DNA from: Eledone cirrhosa
Taxonomy: Eukaryota
Length of the DNA: 64,000 nucleotides
Direction: 5' to 3'
Assembly (NCBI GenBank): GCA_964016885.1
Contig: OZ024740.1
Span: forward strand, 291,772,001 to 291,836,000
Under the pieces are notes generated by a model. It was not told the origin of the DNA, did not search any database, and worked only from the letters and a program-made list of their open reading frames with translations. Made by a program: the position numbers and the translations under genes. Numbering within the stretch: the first letter of the stretch is position 1; every line of letters starts with the position of its first letter. This document shows positions 26,101 through 41,100 of the stretch, one piece after another.

Positions 26101-29100
26101 ACAACATTGGTCACCTTGTCCATGTGTACAACACTGGTCACCCTGTCAATGTGTACAACTCTGGTCACCCTGTCAATGTGTACAACATTGGTTACCCTGT
26201 CAATGTGTACAACAACATTGGTCACCTTGTCAATGTGTACAACATTGGTCACCTTGTCAATGTGTACATCAACACTGGTCACCCTGTCAATGTGTACAAC
26301 ACTGGTCACCTTGTCAATGTGTACAACATTGGTCACCTTGTCAATGTGTACAACAACACTGGTCACCTTGGCAATGTGTACAACAACACTGGTCACCCTG
26401 TCAATGTGTATAACATTGGTCACCCTGCCAATGTGTATAACATTGGTCACCCTGTCAATGTGTATAACATTGGTCACCCTGTCAAAGTGTACAAGACTGG
26501 TCACCTTGTCAATGTGTACAACACTGGTCACCCTGTCAATGTGTACATCAACACTGATCACATTGTCAATGTGTACAACACTGGTCACCCTGTCAATGTG
26601 TACAACAACACTGATCACATTGTCAATGTGTACAACACTGGTCCCCCTGTAAATATGTACAACACTGGTCCCCCTGTCAATGTGCACAACACTGGTCACC
26701 CTCTCAATGTGTACAACAACATTGGTCACCTTGTCAATGTGTACAACATTGGTCACCCTGTCAATGTGTACAACAGTGGTCACCCTGTCAATGTGTACAT
26801 CAACACTGGTCACCCTGTCAATGTGTACAACAACACTGGTCACCTTGTCAATATGTACAACACTGGTCACCTTGTCAATGTGTACATCAACACTGGTCAC
26901 CTTGTCAATGTGTACAACAACACTGGTCACCCTGTCAATGTGTATAACATTGGTCACCCTGTCAATGTGTATAACATTGGTCACCCTATTAATTTGTATA
27001 ACATTGGTCACCCTGTCAATGTGTACAACAACATTGGTCACCCTGTCAAAGTGTACAAGACTGGTCACCTTGTCAATGTGTACAACACTGGTCACCCTGT
27101 CAATCTGTACATCAACACTGATCACATTGTCAATGTGTACAACACTGGTCACCCTGTCAATGTGTACAACAACACTGGTCACCCTGTCAATGTGTATAAC
27201 ATTGGTCACCCTGTCAATGTGTACAACAACATTGGTCACCCTGTCAAAGTGTACAAGACTGGTCACCTTGTCAATGTGTACAACACTGGTCACCCTGTCA
27301 ATGTATACAACAACACTGATCACATTGTCAATGTGTACAACACTGGTCATCCTGTCAATGTGTGCAACAACACTGGTCACCCTGTCAATGTGTACATCAA
27401 CATTGGTCACCATGTCAATCTGTACAACATTGATCACACTGTCAATGTGTACAACAACACTGGTCACCTTGTGAATGTGTACAACACTGGTCACCTTGTC
27501 AATGTGTACAACACTGGTCACCCTGTCAATGTATACAACATTGGTCACCTTGTCAATGTGTACAACACTGGTCACCCTGTGAATGTGTACAGCATTGGTC
27601 ACCCTGTCAATGTGTACAACAACACTGGTCACCCTGTCAACGTGTACAACATTGGTCACCCTGTCAATGTGTACAACAACACTGGTCACCCTGTCAACGT
27701 GTACAACATTGGTCACCCTGTCAATGTTTACAACATTGGTCACCCTGTCAATGTGTACATCAACACTGGTCACCCTGTCAATGTGTACAACATTGGTCAC
27801 CCTGTTAATGTTTACAACATTGGTCACCCTGTCAATATGTACAACACTGGTCACCATGTCAATGTGTACAACAACACTGGTCACCTTGTCAATGTGTACA
27901 ACACGGGTCACCATGTCAATCTGTACAACATTGGTTACCCTGTCAATGTGTACAACAACACTGGTCACCTTGTCAATGTGTACAACACTGGTCACCCTGT
28001 CAATGTGTACAACACTGATCACCCTGTCAATGTGTACAACACTGGTCACCATGTCAATCTGTACAACATTGGTTACCCTGTCAATGTGTACAACACTGGT
28101 CACCTTGTCAATGTGTACAACACTGGTCACCCTGTCAATGTGTACAACACTGGTAACCCTGTCAATGTGTACAACAACACTGGTCACCCTGTCAATGTGT
28201 ACAACACTGGTCACCCTGTCAATGTGTAGAAAAACACTGGTCACCTGTCAATGTGTACAACAACACTGGTCACCCTGTGAATGTGTACAACACTGGTGAC
28301 CCTGTCAATGTGTACAACACTGGTCAACCTGTCAATGTGTACAACAACACTGGTCACCCTGTCAATATGTACAACACTGGTCACCCTGTCAATGTGTACA
28401 ACAACACTGGTCACCCTGTCAATGTGTACAACACTGGTCACCCTGTCAATGTGTACAACAACACTGGTCACCCTGTCAATGTGTACGACACTGGTCAACC
28501 TGTCAATGTGTACGACACTGGTCAACATGTCAATGTGTACATCAACACTGGTCACCTTGTCAATATGTACAACACTGGTCACCCTGTCAATGTGTACAAC
28601 AAGACTGGTCACCCTGTCAATGTGTACAACACTGGTCACCCTGTCAATGTGTACAACACTGGTCACCCTGTCAATGTGTACAACAGCACTGGTCACCTTG
28701 TCAATATGTACAACACTGGTCACCTTGTCAATGTGTACAACATTGGTCACCCTGTCAATGTGTACAACAGTGGTCACCCTGTCAATGTGTACATCAACAC
28801 TGGTCACCCTGTCAATGTGTACAACAACACTGGTCACCTTGTCAATATGTACAACACTGGTCACCTTGTCAATGTGTACATCAACACTGGTCACCCTGTC
28901 AATGTGTATAACATTGGTCACCCTGTCAATGTGTATAACATTGGTCACCCTATCAATTTGTATAACATTGGTCACCCTGTCAATGTGTACAACAACATTG
29001 GTCACCCTGTCAAAGTGTACAAGACTGGTCACCTTGTCAATGTGTACAACACTGGTCACCCTGTCAATGTGTACATCAACACTGATCATATTGTCAATGT

Positions 29101-32100
29101 GTACAACACTGGTCACCCTGTCAATGTGTACAACAACACTGGTCACCCTGTCAATGTGTATAACATTGGTCACCCTGTCAATGTGTATAACATTGGTCAC
29201 CCTGTCAATGTGTACAACAACATTGGTCACCCTGTCAAAGTGTGCAAGACTGGTCACCTTGTCAATGTGTACAACACTGGTCACCCTGTCAATGTGTACA
29301 ACAACACTGATCACATTGTCAATGTGTACAACACTGGTCATCCTGTCAATGTGTGCAACAACACTGGTCACCCTGTCAATGTGTACATCAACATTGGTCA
29401 CCATGTCAATCTGTACAACATTGATCACACTGTCAATGTGTACAACAACACTGGTCACCTTGTCAATGTGTACAACACTGGTCACCTTGTCAATGTGTAC
29501 AACACTGGTCACCCTGTCAATGTATACAACATTGGTCACCTTGTCAATGTGTACAACACTGGTCACCCTGTCAATGTGTACAGCATTGGTCACCCTGTGA
29601 ATGTGTACAGCATTGGTCACCCTGTCAATGTGTACAACAACACTGGTCACCCTGTCAACGTGTACAACATTGGTCACCCTGTCAATGTGTACAACAACAC
29701 TGGTCACCCTGTCAACGTGTACAACATTGGTCACCCTGTCAATGTTTACAACATTGGTCACCCTGTCAATGTGTACATCAACACTGGTCACCCTGTCAAT
29801 GTGTACAACATTGGTCACCCTGTCAATGTTTACAACATTGGTCACCCTGTCAATATGTACAACACTGGTCACCCTGTCAATGTGTACAACAACACTGGTC
29901 ACCTTGTCAATGTGTACAACACTGGTCACCCTGTCAATGTGTACAACACTGGTCACCTTGTCAATATGTACAACAACACTGGGCACCCTGTCAATGTGTA
30001 CAACAACACTGGTCACCTTGTTAATGTGTACATCAACACTGGTCCCCCTGTCAATGTGTACAACACTGGTCCCCCTGTCAATATGTACAACACTGGTCCC
30101 CCTGTCAATGTGTACAACAACATTGGTCACCTTGTCCATGTGTACAACACTGGTCACCCTGTCAATGTGTACAACTCTGGTCACCCTGTCAATGTGTACA
30201 ACAACATTGGTCACCTTGTCAATGTGTACAACATTGGTCACCTTGTCAATGTGTACATCAACACTGGTCACCCTGTCAATGTGTACAACACTGGTCACCT
30301 TGTCAATGTGTACAACATTGGTCACCTTGTCAATGTGTACAACAACACTGGTCACCTTGTCAATGTGTACAACAACACTGGTCACCCTGTCAATGTGTAT
30401 AACATTGGTCACCCTGCCAATGTGTATAACATTGGTCACCCTGTCAATGTGTATAACATTGGTCACCCTGTCAAAGTGTACAAGACTGGTTACCTTGTCA
30501 ATGTGTACAACACTGGTCACCCTGTCAATGTGTACATCAACACTGATCACATTGTCAATGTGTACAACACTGGTCACCCTGTCAATGTGTACAACAACAC
30601 TGATCACATTGTCAATGTGTACAACACTGGTCCCCCTGTAAATATGTACAACACTGGTCCCCCTGTCAATGTGCACAACACTGGTCACCCTCTCAATGTG
30701 TACAACAACATTGGTCACCTTGTCAATGTGTACAACATTGGTCACCTTGTCAATGTGTACATCAACACTGGTCACCCTGTCAATGTGTACAAGACTGGTC
30801 ACCCTGTCAATGTGTACAACACTGGTCACCTTGTCAATGTGTACAACACTGGTCACCTTGTCAATGTGTACAACATTGGTCACCTTATCAATGTGTACAA
30901 CAACACTGGTCACCTTGTCAATGTGTACATCAACACTGGTCACCCTGTCAATGTGTACAACATTGGTCAACCTGTCAATGTGTACAACAACACTGGTCAC
31001 CTTGTCAATGTGTACATCAACACTGGTTACCCTGTCAATGTGTACAACAACATTGGTCACCTTGTCAATGTGTACAACACTGGTCACCCTGTCACTGTGT
31101 ACAACTCTGGTCACCTTGTCAATGTGTACAACATTGGTCAGCTTGTCAATGTGTACATCAACACTAGTCACCCTGTCAATGTGTACAACACTGGTCACCT
31201 TGTCAATGTGTACAACATTGGTCACCTTGTCAATGTGTACATCAACACTGGTCACCCTGTCAATGTGTACAACATTGGTCAACCTGTCAATGTGTACAAC
31301 AACACTGGTCACCTTGTCAATGTGTACATCAACACTGGTCACCCTGTCAATGTGTACAACATTGGTTAACCTGTCAATGTGTACAACACTGGTCACCTTG
31401 TCAACGTGTACATCAACACTGGTCACCCTGTCAATGTGTACAACATTGGTCAACCTGTCAATGTGTACAACAACACTGGTCACCCTGTCAATGTGTACAA
31501 CACTGGTCACCCTGTCAATGTGTACAACACTGGTCACCCTGTCAATGTGTACAACACTGGTCACCCTGTCAATGTGTACATTAACACTGGTCACACTGTC
31601 AATGTGTATAACACTGGTCACCCTGTCAATGTGTACAACACTGGTCACCCTGTCAATGTGTACAACACTGGTCACCTTGTCAATGTGTACAACACTGGTC
31701 ACCCTGTCAATGTGTACAACACTGGTAACCCTGTCAATGTGTACAACAACACTGGTCACCCTGTCAATGTGTACAACACTGGTCACCCTGTCAATGTGTA
31801 GAAAAACACTGGTCACCTGTCAATGTCTACAACAACACTGGTCACCCTGTGAATGTGTACAACACTGGTGACCCTGTCAATGTGTACAACACTGGTCAAC
31901 CTGTCAATGTGTACAACAACACTGGTCACCCTGTCAATATGTACAACACTGGTCACCCTGTCAATGTGTACAACAACACTGGTCACCCTGTCAATGTGTA
32001 CAACACTGGTCACCCTGTCAATGTGTACAACAACACTGGTCACCCTGTCAATGTGTACGACACTGGTCAACCTGTCAATGTGTACGACACTGGTCAACAT

Positions 32101-35100
32101 GTCAATGTGTACATCAACACTGGTCACCTTGTCAATATGTACAACACTGGTCACCCTGTCAATGTGTACAACAAGACTGGTCACCCTGTCAATGTGTACA
32201 ACACTGGTCACCCTGTCAATGTGTACAACACTGGTCACCCTGTCAATGTGTACAACAGCACTGGTCACCTTGTCAATATGTACAACACTGGTCACCTTGT
32301 CAATGTGTACAACATTGGTCACCCTGTCAATGTGTACAACAGTGGTCACCCTGTCAATGTGTACATCAACACTGGTCACCCTGTCAATGTGTACAACAAC
32401 ACTGGTCACCTTGTCAATATGTACAACACTGGTCACCTTGTCAATGTGTACATCAACACTGGTCACCCTGTCAATGTGTATAACATTGGTCACCCTGTCA
32501 ATGTGTATAACATTGGTCACCCTATCAATTTGTATAACATTGGTCACCCTGTCAATGTGTACAACAACATTGGTCACCCTGTCAAAGTGTACAAGACTGG
32601 TCACCTTGTCAATGTGTACAACACTGGTCACCCTGTCAATGTGTACATCAACACTGATCACATTGTCAATGTGTACAACACTGGTCACCCTGTCAATGTG
32701 TACAACAACACTGGTCACCCTGTCAATGTGTATAACATTGGTCACCCTGTCAATGTGTATAACATTGGTCACCCTGTCAATGTGTATAACATTGGTCACC
32801 CTGTCAATGTGTACAACAACATTGGTCACCCTGTCAAAGTGTACAAGACTGGTCACCTTGTCAATGTGTACAACACTGGTCACCCTGTCAATGTGTACAA
32901 CAACACTGATCACATTGTCAATGTGTACAACACTGGTCATCCTGTCAATGTGTGCAACAACACTGGTCACCCTGTCAATGTGTACATCAACATTGGTCAC
33001 CATGTCAATCTGTACAACATTGATCACACTGTCAATGTGTACAACAACACTGGTCACCTTGTCAATGTGTACAACACTGGTCACCTTGTCAATGTGTACA
33101 ACACTGGTCACCCTGTCAATGTATACAACATTGGTCACCTTGTCAATGTGTACAACACTGGTCACCCTGTCAATGTGTACAGCATTGGTCACCCTGTGAA
33201 TGTGTACAGCATTGGTCACCCTGTCAATGTGTACAACAACACTGGTCACCCTGTCAACGTGTACAACATTGGTCACCCTGTCAATGTGTACAACAACACT
33301 GGTCACCCTGTCAACGTGTACAACATTGGTCACCCTGTCAATGTTTACAACATTGGTCACCCTGTCAATGTGTACATCAACACTGGTCACCCTGTCAATG
33401 TGTACAACATTGGTCACCCTGTCAATGTTTACAACATTGGTCACCCTGTCAATATGTACAACACTGGTCACCCTGTCAATGTGTACAACAACACTGGTCA
33501 CCTTGTCAATGTGTACAACACTGGTCACCCTGTCAATGTGTACAACACTGGTCACCTTGTCAATATGTACAACAACACTGGGCACCCTGTCAATGTGTAC
33601 AACAACACTGGTCACCTTGTTAATGTGTACATCAACACTGGTCCCCCTGTCAATGTGTACAACACTGGTCCCCCTGTCAATATGTACAACACTGGTCCCC
33701 CTGTCAATGTGTACAACAACATTGGTCACCTTGTCCATGTGTACAACACTGGTCACCCTGTCAATGTGTACAACTCTGGTCACCCTGTCAATGTGTACAA
33801 CAACATTGGTCACCTTGTCAATGTGTACAACATTGGTCACCTTGTCAATGTGTACATCAACACTGGTCACCCTGTCAATGTGTACAACACTGGTCACCTT
33901 GTCAATGTGTACAACATTGGTCACCTTGTCAATGTGTACAACAACACTGGTCACCTTGTCAATGTGTACAACAACACTGGTCACCCTGTCAATGTGTATA
34001 ACATTGGTCACCCTGCCAATGTGTATAACATTGGTCACCCTGTCAATGTGTATAACATTGGTCACCCTGTCAAAGTGTACAAGACTGGTTACCTTGTCAA
34101 TGTGTACAACACTGGTCACCCTGTCAATGTGTACATCAACACTGATCACATTGTCAATGTGTACAACACTGGTCACCCTGTCAATGTGTACAACAACACT
34201 GATCACATTGTCAATGTGTACAACACTGGTCCCCCTGTAAATATGTACAACACTGGTCCCCCTGTCAATGTGCACAACACTGGTCACCCTCTCAATGTGT
34301 ACAACAACATTGGTCACCTTGTCAATGTGTACAACATTGGTCACCTTGTCAATGTGTACATCAACACTGGTCACCCTGTCAATGTGTACAAGACTGGTCA
34401 CCCTGTCAATGTGTACAACACTGGTCACCTTGTCAATGTGTACAACACTGGTCACCTTGTCAATGTGTACAACATTGGTCACCTTATCAATGTGTACAAC
34501 AACACTGGTCACCTTGTCAATGTGTACATCAACACTGGTCACCCTGTCAATGTGTACAACATTGGTCAACCTGTCAATGTGTACAACAACACTGGTCACC
34601 TTGTCAATGTGTACATCAACACTGGTTACCCTGTCAATGTGTACAACAACATTGGTCACCTTGTCAATGTGTACAACACTGGTCACCCTGTCACTGTGTA
34701 CAACTCTGGTCACCTTGTCAATGTGTACAACATTGGTCAGCTTGTCAATGTGTACATCAACACTAGTCACCCTGTCAATGTGTACAACACTGGTCACCTT
34801 GTCAATGTGTACAACATTGGTCACCTTGTCAATGTGTACATCAACACTGGTCACCCTGTCAATGTGTACAACATTGGTCAACCTGTCAATGTGTACAACA
34901 ACACTGGTCACCTTGTCAATGTGTACATCAACACTGGTCACCCTGTCAATGTGTACAACATTGGTTAACCTGTCAATGTGTACAACACTGGTCACCTTGT
35001 CAACGTGTACATCAACACTGGTCACCCTGTCAATGTGTACAACATTGGTCAACCTGTCAATGTGTACAACAACACTGGTCACCCTGTCAATGTGTACAAC

Positions 35101-38100
35101 ACTGGTCACCCTGTCAATGTGTACAACACTGGTCACCCTGTCAATGTGTACAACACTGGTCACCCTGTCAATGTGTACATTAACACTGGTCACACTGTCA
35201 ATGTGTATAACACTGGTCACCCTGTCAATGTGTACAACACTGGTCACCCTGTCAATGTGTACAACACTGGTCACCTTGTCAATGTGTACAACACTGGTCA
35301 CCCTGTCAATGTGTACAACACTGGTAACCCTGTCAATGTGTACAACAACACTGGTCACCCTGTCAATGTGTACAACACTGGTCACCCTGTCAATGTGTAG
35401 AAAAACACTGGTCACCTGTCAATGTCTACAACAACACTGGTCACCCTGTGAATGTGTACAACACTGGTGACCCTGTCAATGTGTACAACACTGGTCAACC
35501 TGTCAATGTGTACAACAACACTGGTCACCCTGTCAATATGTACAACACTGGTCACCCTGTCAATGTGTACAACAACACTGGTCACCCTGTCAATGTGTAC
35601 AACACTGGTCACCCTGTCAATGTGTACAACAACACTGGTCACCCTGTCAATGTGTACGACACTGGTCAACCTGTCAATGTGTACGACACTGGTCAACATG
35701 TCAATGTGTACATCAACACTGGTCACCTTGTCAATATGTACAACACTGGTCACCCTGTCAATGTGTACAACAAGACTGGTCACCCTGTCAATGTGTACAA
35801 CACTGGTCACCCTGTCAATGTGTACAACACTGGTCACCCTGTCAATGTGTACAACAGCACTGGTCACCTTGTCAATATGTACAACACTGGTCACCTTGTC
35901 AATGTGTACAACATTGGTCACCCTGTCAATGTGTACAACAGTGGTCACCCTGTCAATGTGTACATCAACACTGGTCACCCTGTCAATGTGTACAACAACA
36001 CTGGTCACCTTGTCAATATGTACAACACTGGTCACCTTGTCAATGTGTACATCAACACTGGTCACCCTGTCAATGTGTATAACATTGGTCACCCTGTCAA
36101 TGTGTATAACATTGGTCACCCTATCAATTTGTATAACATTGGTCACCCTGTCAATGTGTACAACAACATTGGTCACCCTGTCAAAGTGTACAAGACTGGT
36201 CACCTTGTCAATGTGTACAACACTGGTCACCCTGTCAATGTGTACATCAACACTGATCACATTGTCAATGTGTACAACACTGGTCACCCTGTCAATGTGT
36301 ACAACAACACTGGTCACCCTGTCAATGTGTATAACATTGGTCACCCTGTCAATGTGTATAACATTGGTCACCCTGTCAATGTGTATAACATTGGTCACCC
36401 TGTCAATGTGTACAACAACATTGGTCACCCTGTCAAAGTGTACAAGACTGGTCACCTTGTCAATGTGTACAACACTGGTCACCCTGTCAATGTGTACAAC
36501 AACACTGATCACATTGTCAATGTGTACAACACTGGTCATCCTGTCAATGTGTGCAACAACACTGGTCACCCTGTCAATGTGTACATCAACATTGGTCACC
36601 ATGTCAATCTGTACAACATTGATCACACTGTCAATGTGTACAACAACACTGGTCACCTTGTCAATGTGTACAACACTGGTCACCTTGTCAATGTGTACAA
36701 CACTGGTCACCCTGTCAATGTATACAACATTGGTCACCTTGTCAATGTGTACAACACTGGTCACCCTGTCAATGTGTACAGCATTGGTCACCCTGTGAAT
36801 GTGTACAGCATTGGTCACCCTGTCAATGTGTACAACAACACTGGTCACCCTGTCAACGTGTACAACATTGGTCACCCTGTCAATGTGTACAACAACACTG
36901 GTCACCCTGTCAACGTGTACAACATTGGTCACCCTGTCAATGTTTACAACATTGGTCACCCTGTCAATGTGTACATCAACACTGGTCACCCTGTCAATGT
37001 GTACAACATTGGTCACCCTGTCAATGTTTACAACATTGGTCACCCTGTCAATATGTACAACACTGGTCACCCTGTCAATGTGTACAACAACACTGGTCAC
37101 CTTGTCAATGTGTACAACACTGGTCACCCTGTCAATGTGTACAACACTGGTCACCTTGTCAATATGTACAACAACACTGGGCACCCTGTCAATGTGTACA
37201 ACAACACTGGTCACCTTGTTAATGTGTACATCAACACTGGTCCCCCTGTCAATGTGTACAACACTGGTCCCCCTGTCAATATGTACAACACTGGTCCCCC
37301 TGTCAATGTGTACAACAACATTGGTCACCTTGTCCATGTGTACAACACTGGTCACCCTGTCAATGTGTACAACTCTGGTCACCCTGTCAATGTGTACAAC
37401 ATTGGTTACCCTGTCAATGTGTACAACAACATTGGTCACCTTGTCAATGTGTACAACATTGGTCACCTTGTCAATGTGTACATCAACACTGGTCACCCTG
37501 TCAATGTGTACAACACTGGTCACCTTGTCAATGTGTACAACATTGGTCACCTTGTCAATGTGTACAACAACACTGGTCACCTTGTCAATGTGTACAACAA
37601 CACTGGTCACCCTGTCAATGTGTACAACATTGGTCACCTTGTCAATGTGTACATCAACACTGGTCACCCTGTCAATGTGTACAACACTGGTCACTTTGTC
37701 AATGTGTACAACACTGGTCACCCTGTCAATGTGTACAACAACACTGATCACATTGTCAATGTGTACAACACTGGTCCCCCTGTAAATATGTACAACACTG
37801 GTCCCCCTGTCAATGTGCACAACACTGGTCACCCTCTCAATGTGTACAACAACATTGGTCACCTTGTCAATGTGTACAACATTGGTCACCTTGTCAATGT
37901 GTACATCAACACTGGTCACCCTGTCAATGTGTACAAGACTGGTCACCCTGTCAATGTGTACAACACTGGTCACCTTGTCAATGTGTACAACACTGGTCAC
38001 CTTGTCAATGTGTACAACATTGGTCACCTTATCAATGTGTACAACAACACTGGTCACCCTGTCAATGTGTACATCAACATTGGTCACCATGTCAATCTGT

Positions 38101-41100
38101 ACAACATTGATCACACTGTCAATGTGTACAACAACACTGGTCACCTTGTGAATGTGTACAACACTGGTCACCTTGTCAATGTGTACAACACTGGTCACCC
38201 TGTCAATGTATACAACATTGGTCACCTTGTCAATGTGTACAACACTGGTCACCCTGTGAATGTGTACAGCATTGGTCACCCTGTCAATGTGTACAACAAC
38301 ACTGGTCACCCTGTCAACGTGTACAACATTGGTCACCCTGTCAATGTGTACAACAACACTGGTCACCCTGTCAACGTGTACAACATTGGTCACCCTGTCA
38401 ATGTTTACAACATTGGTCACCCTGTCAATGTGTACATCAACACTGGTCACCCTGTCAATGTGTACAACATTGGTCACCCTGTTAATGTTTACAACATTGG
38501 TCACCCTGTCAATATGTACAACACTGGTCACCATGTCAATGTGTACAACAACACTGGTCACCTTGTCAATGTGTACAACACGGGTCACCATGTCAATCTG
38601 TACAACATTGGTTACCCTGTCAATGTGTACAACAACACTGGTCACCTTGTCAATGTGTACAACACTGGTCACCCTGTCAATGTGTACAACACTGATCACC
38701 CTGTCAATGTGTACAACACTGGTCACCATGTCAATCTGTACAACATTGGTTACCCTGTCAATGTGTACAACACTGGTCACCTTGTCAATGTGTACAACAC
38801 TGGTCACCCTGTCAATGTGTACAACACTGGTAACCCTGTCAATGTGTACAACAACACTGGTCACCCTGTCAATGTGTACAACACTGGTCACCCTGTCAAT
38901 GTGTAGAAAAACACTGGTCACCTGTCAATGTGTACAACAACACTGGTCACCCTGTGAATGTGTACAACACTGGTGACCCTGTCAATGTGTACAACACTGG
39001 TCAACCTGTCAATGTGTACAACAACACTGGTCACCCTGTCAATATGTACAACACTGGTCACCCTGTCAATGTGTACAACAACACTGGTCACCCTGTCAAT
39101 GTGTACAACACTGGTCACCCTGTCAATGTGTACAACAACACTGGTCACCCTGTCAATGTGTACGACACTGGTCAACCTGTCAATGTGTACGACACTGGTC
39201 AACATGTCAATGTGTACATCAACACTGGTCACCTTGTCAATATGTACAACACTGGTCACCCTGTCAATGTGTACAACAAGACTGGTCACCCTGTCAATGT
39301 GTACAACACTGGTCACCCTGTCAATGTGTACAACACTGGTCACCCTGTCAATGTGTACAACAGCACTGGTCACCTTGTCAATATGTACAACACTGGTCAC
39401 CTTGTCAATGTGTACAACATTGGTCACCCTGTCAATGTGTACAACAGTGGTCACCCTGTCAATGTGTACATCAACACTGGTCACCCTGTCAATGTGTACA
39501 ACAACACTGGTCACCTTGTCAATATGTACAACACTGGTCACCTTGTCAATGTGTACATCAACACTGGTCACCCTGTCAATGTGTATAACATTGGTCACCC
39601 TGTCAATGTGTATAACATTGGTCACCCTATCAATTTGTATAACATTGGTCACCCTGTCAATGTGTACAACAACATTGGTCACCCTGTCAAAGTGTACAAG
39701 ACTGGTCACCTTGTCAATGTGTACAACACTGGTCACCCTGTCAATGTGTACATCAACACTGATCATATTGTCAATGTGTACAACACTGGTCACCCTGTCA
39801 ATGTGTACAACAACACTGGTCACCCTGTCAATGTGTATAACATTGGTCACCCTGTCAATGTGTATAACATTGGTCACCCTGTCAATGTGTACAACAACAT
39901 TGGTCACCCTGTCAAAGTGTGCAAGACTGGTCACCTTGTCAATGTGTACAACACTGGTCACCCTGTCAATGTGTACAACAACACTGATCACATTGTCAAT
40001 GTGTACAACACTGGTCATCCTGTCAATGTGTGCAACAACACTGGTCACCCTGTCAATGTGTACATCAACATTGGTCACCATGTCAATCTGTACAACATTG
40101 ATCACACTGTCAATGTGTACAACAACACTGGTCACCTTGTCAATGTGTACAACACTGGTCACCTTGTCAATGTGTACAACACTGGTCACCCTGTCAATGT
40201 ATACAACATTGGTCACCTTGTCAATGTGTACAACACTGGTCACCCTGTCAATGTGTACAGCATTGGTCACCCTGTGAATGTGTACAGCATTGGTCACCCT
40301 GTCAATGTGTACAACAACACTGGTCACCCTGTCAACGTGTACAACATTGGTCACCCTGTCAATGTGTACAACAACACTGGTCACCCTGTCAACGTGTACA
40401 ACATTGGTCACCCTGTCAATGTTTACAACATTGGTCACCCTGTCAATGTGTACATCAACACTGGTCACCCTGTCAATGTGTACAACATTGGTCACCCTGT
40501 CAATGTTTACAACATTGGTCACCCTGTCAATATGTACAACACTGGTCACCCTGTCAATGTGTACAACAACACTGGTCACCTTGTCAATGTGTACAACACT
40601 GGTCACCCTGTCAATGTGTACAACACTGGTCACCTTGTCAATATGTACAACAACACTGGGCACCCTGTCAATGTGTACAACAACACTGGTCACCTTGTTA
40701 ATGTGTACATCAACACTGGTCCCCCTGTCAATGTGTACAACACTGGTCCCCCTGTCAATATGTACAACACTGGTCCCCCTGTCAATGTGTACAACAACAT
40801 TGGTCACCTTGTCCATGTGTACAACACTGGTCACCCTGTCAATGTGTACAACTCTGGTCACCCTGTCAATGTGTACAACAACATTGGTCACCTTGTCAAT
40901 GTGTACAACATTGGTCACCTTGTCAATGTGTACATCAACACTGGTCACCCTGTCAATGTGTACAACACTGGTCACCTTGTCAATGTGTACAACATTGGTC
41001 ACCTTGTCAATGTGTACAACAACACTGGTCACCTTGTCAATGTGTACAACAACACTGGTCACCCTGTCAATGTGTATAACATTGGTCACCCTGCCAATGT

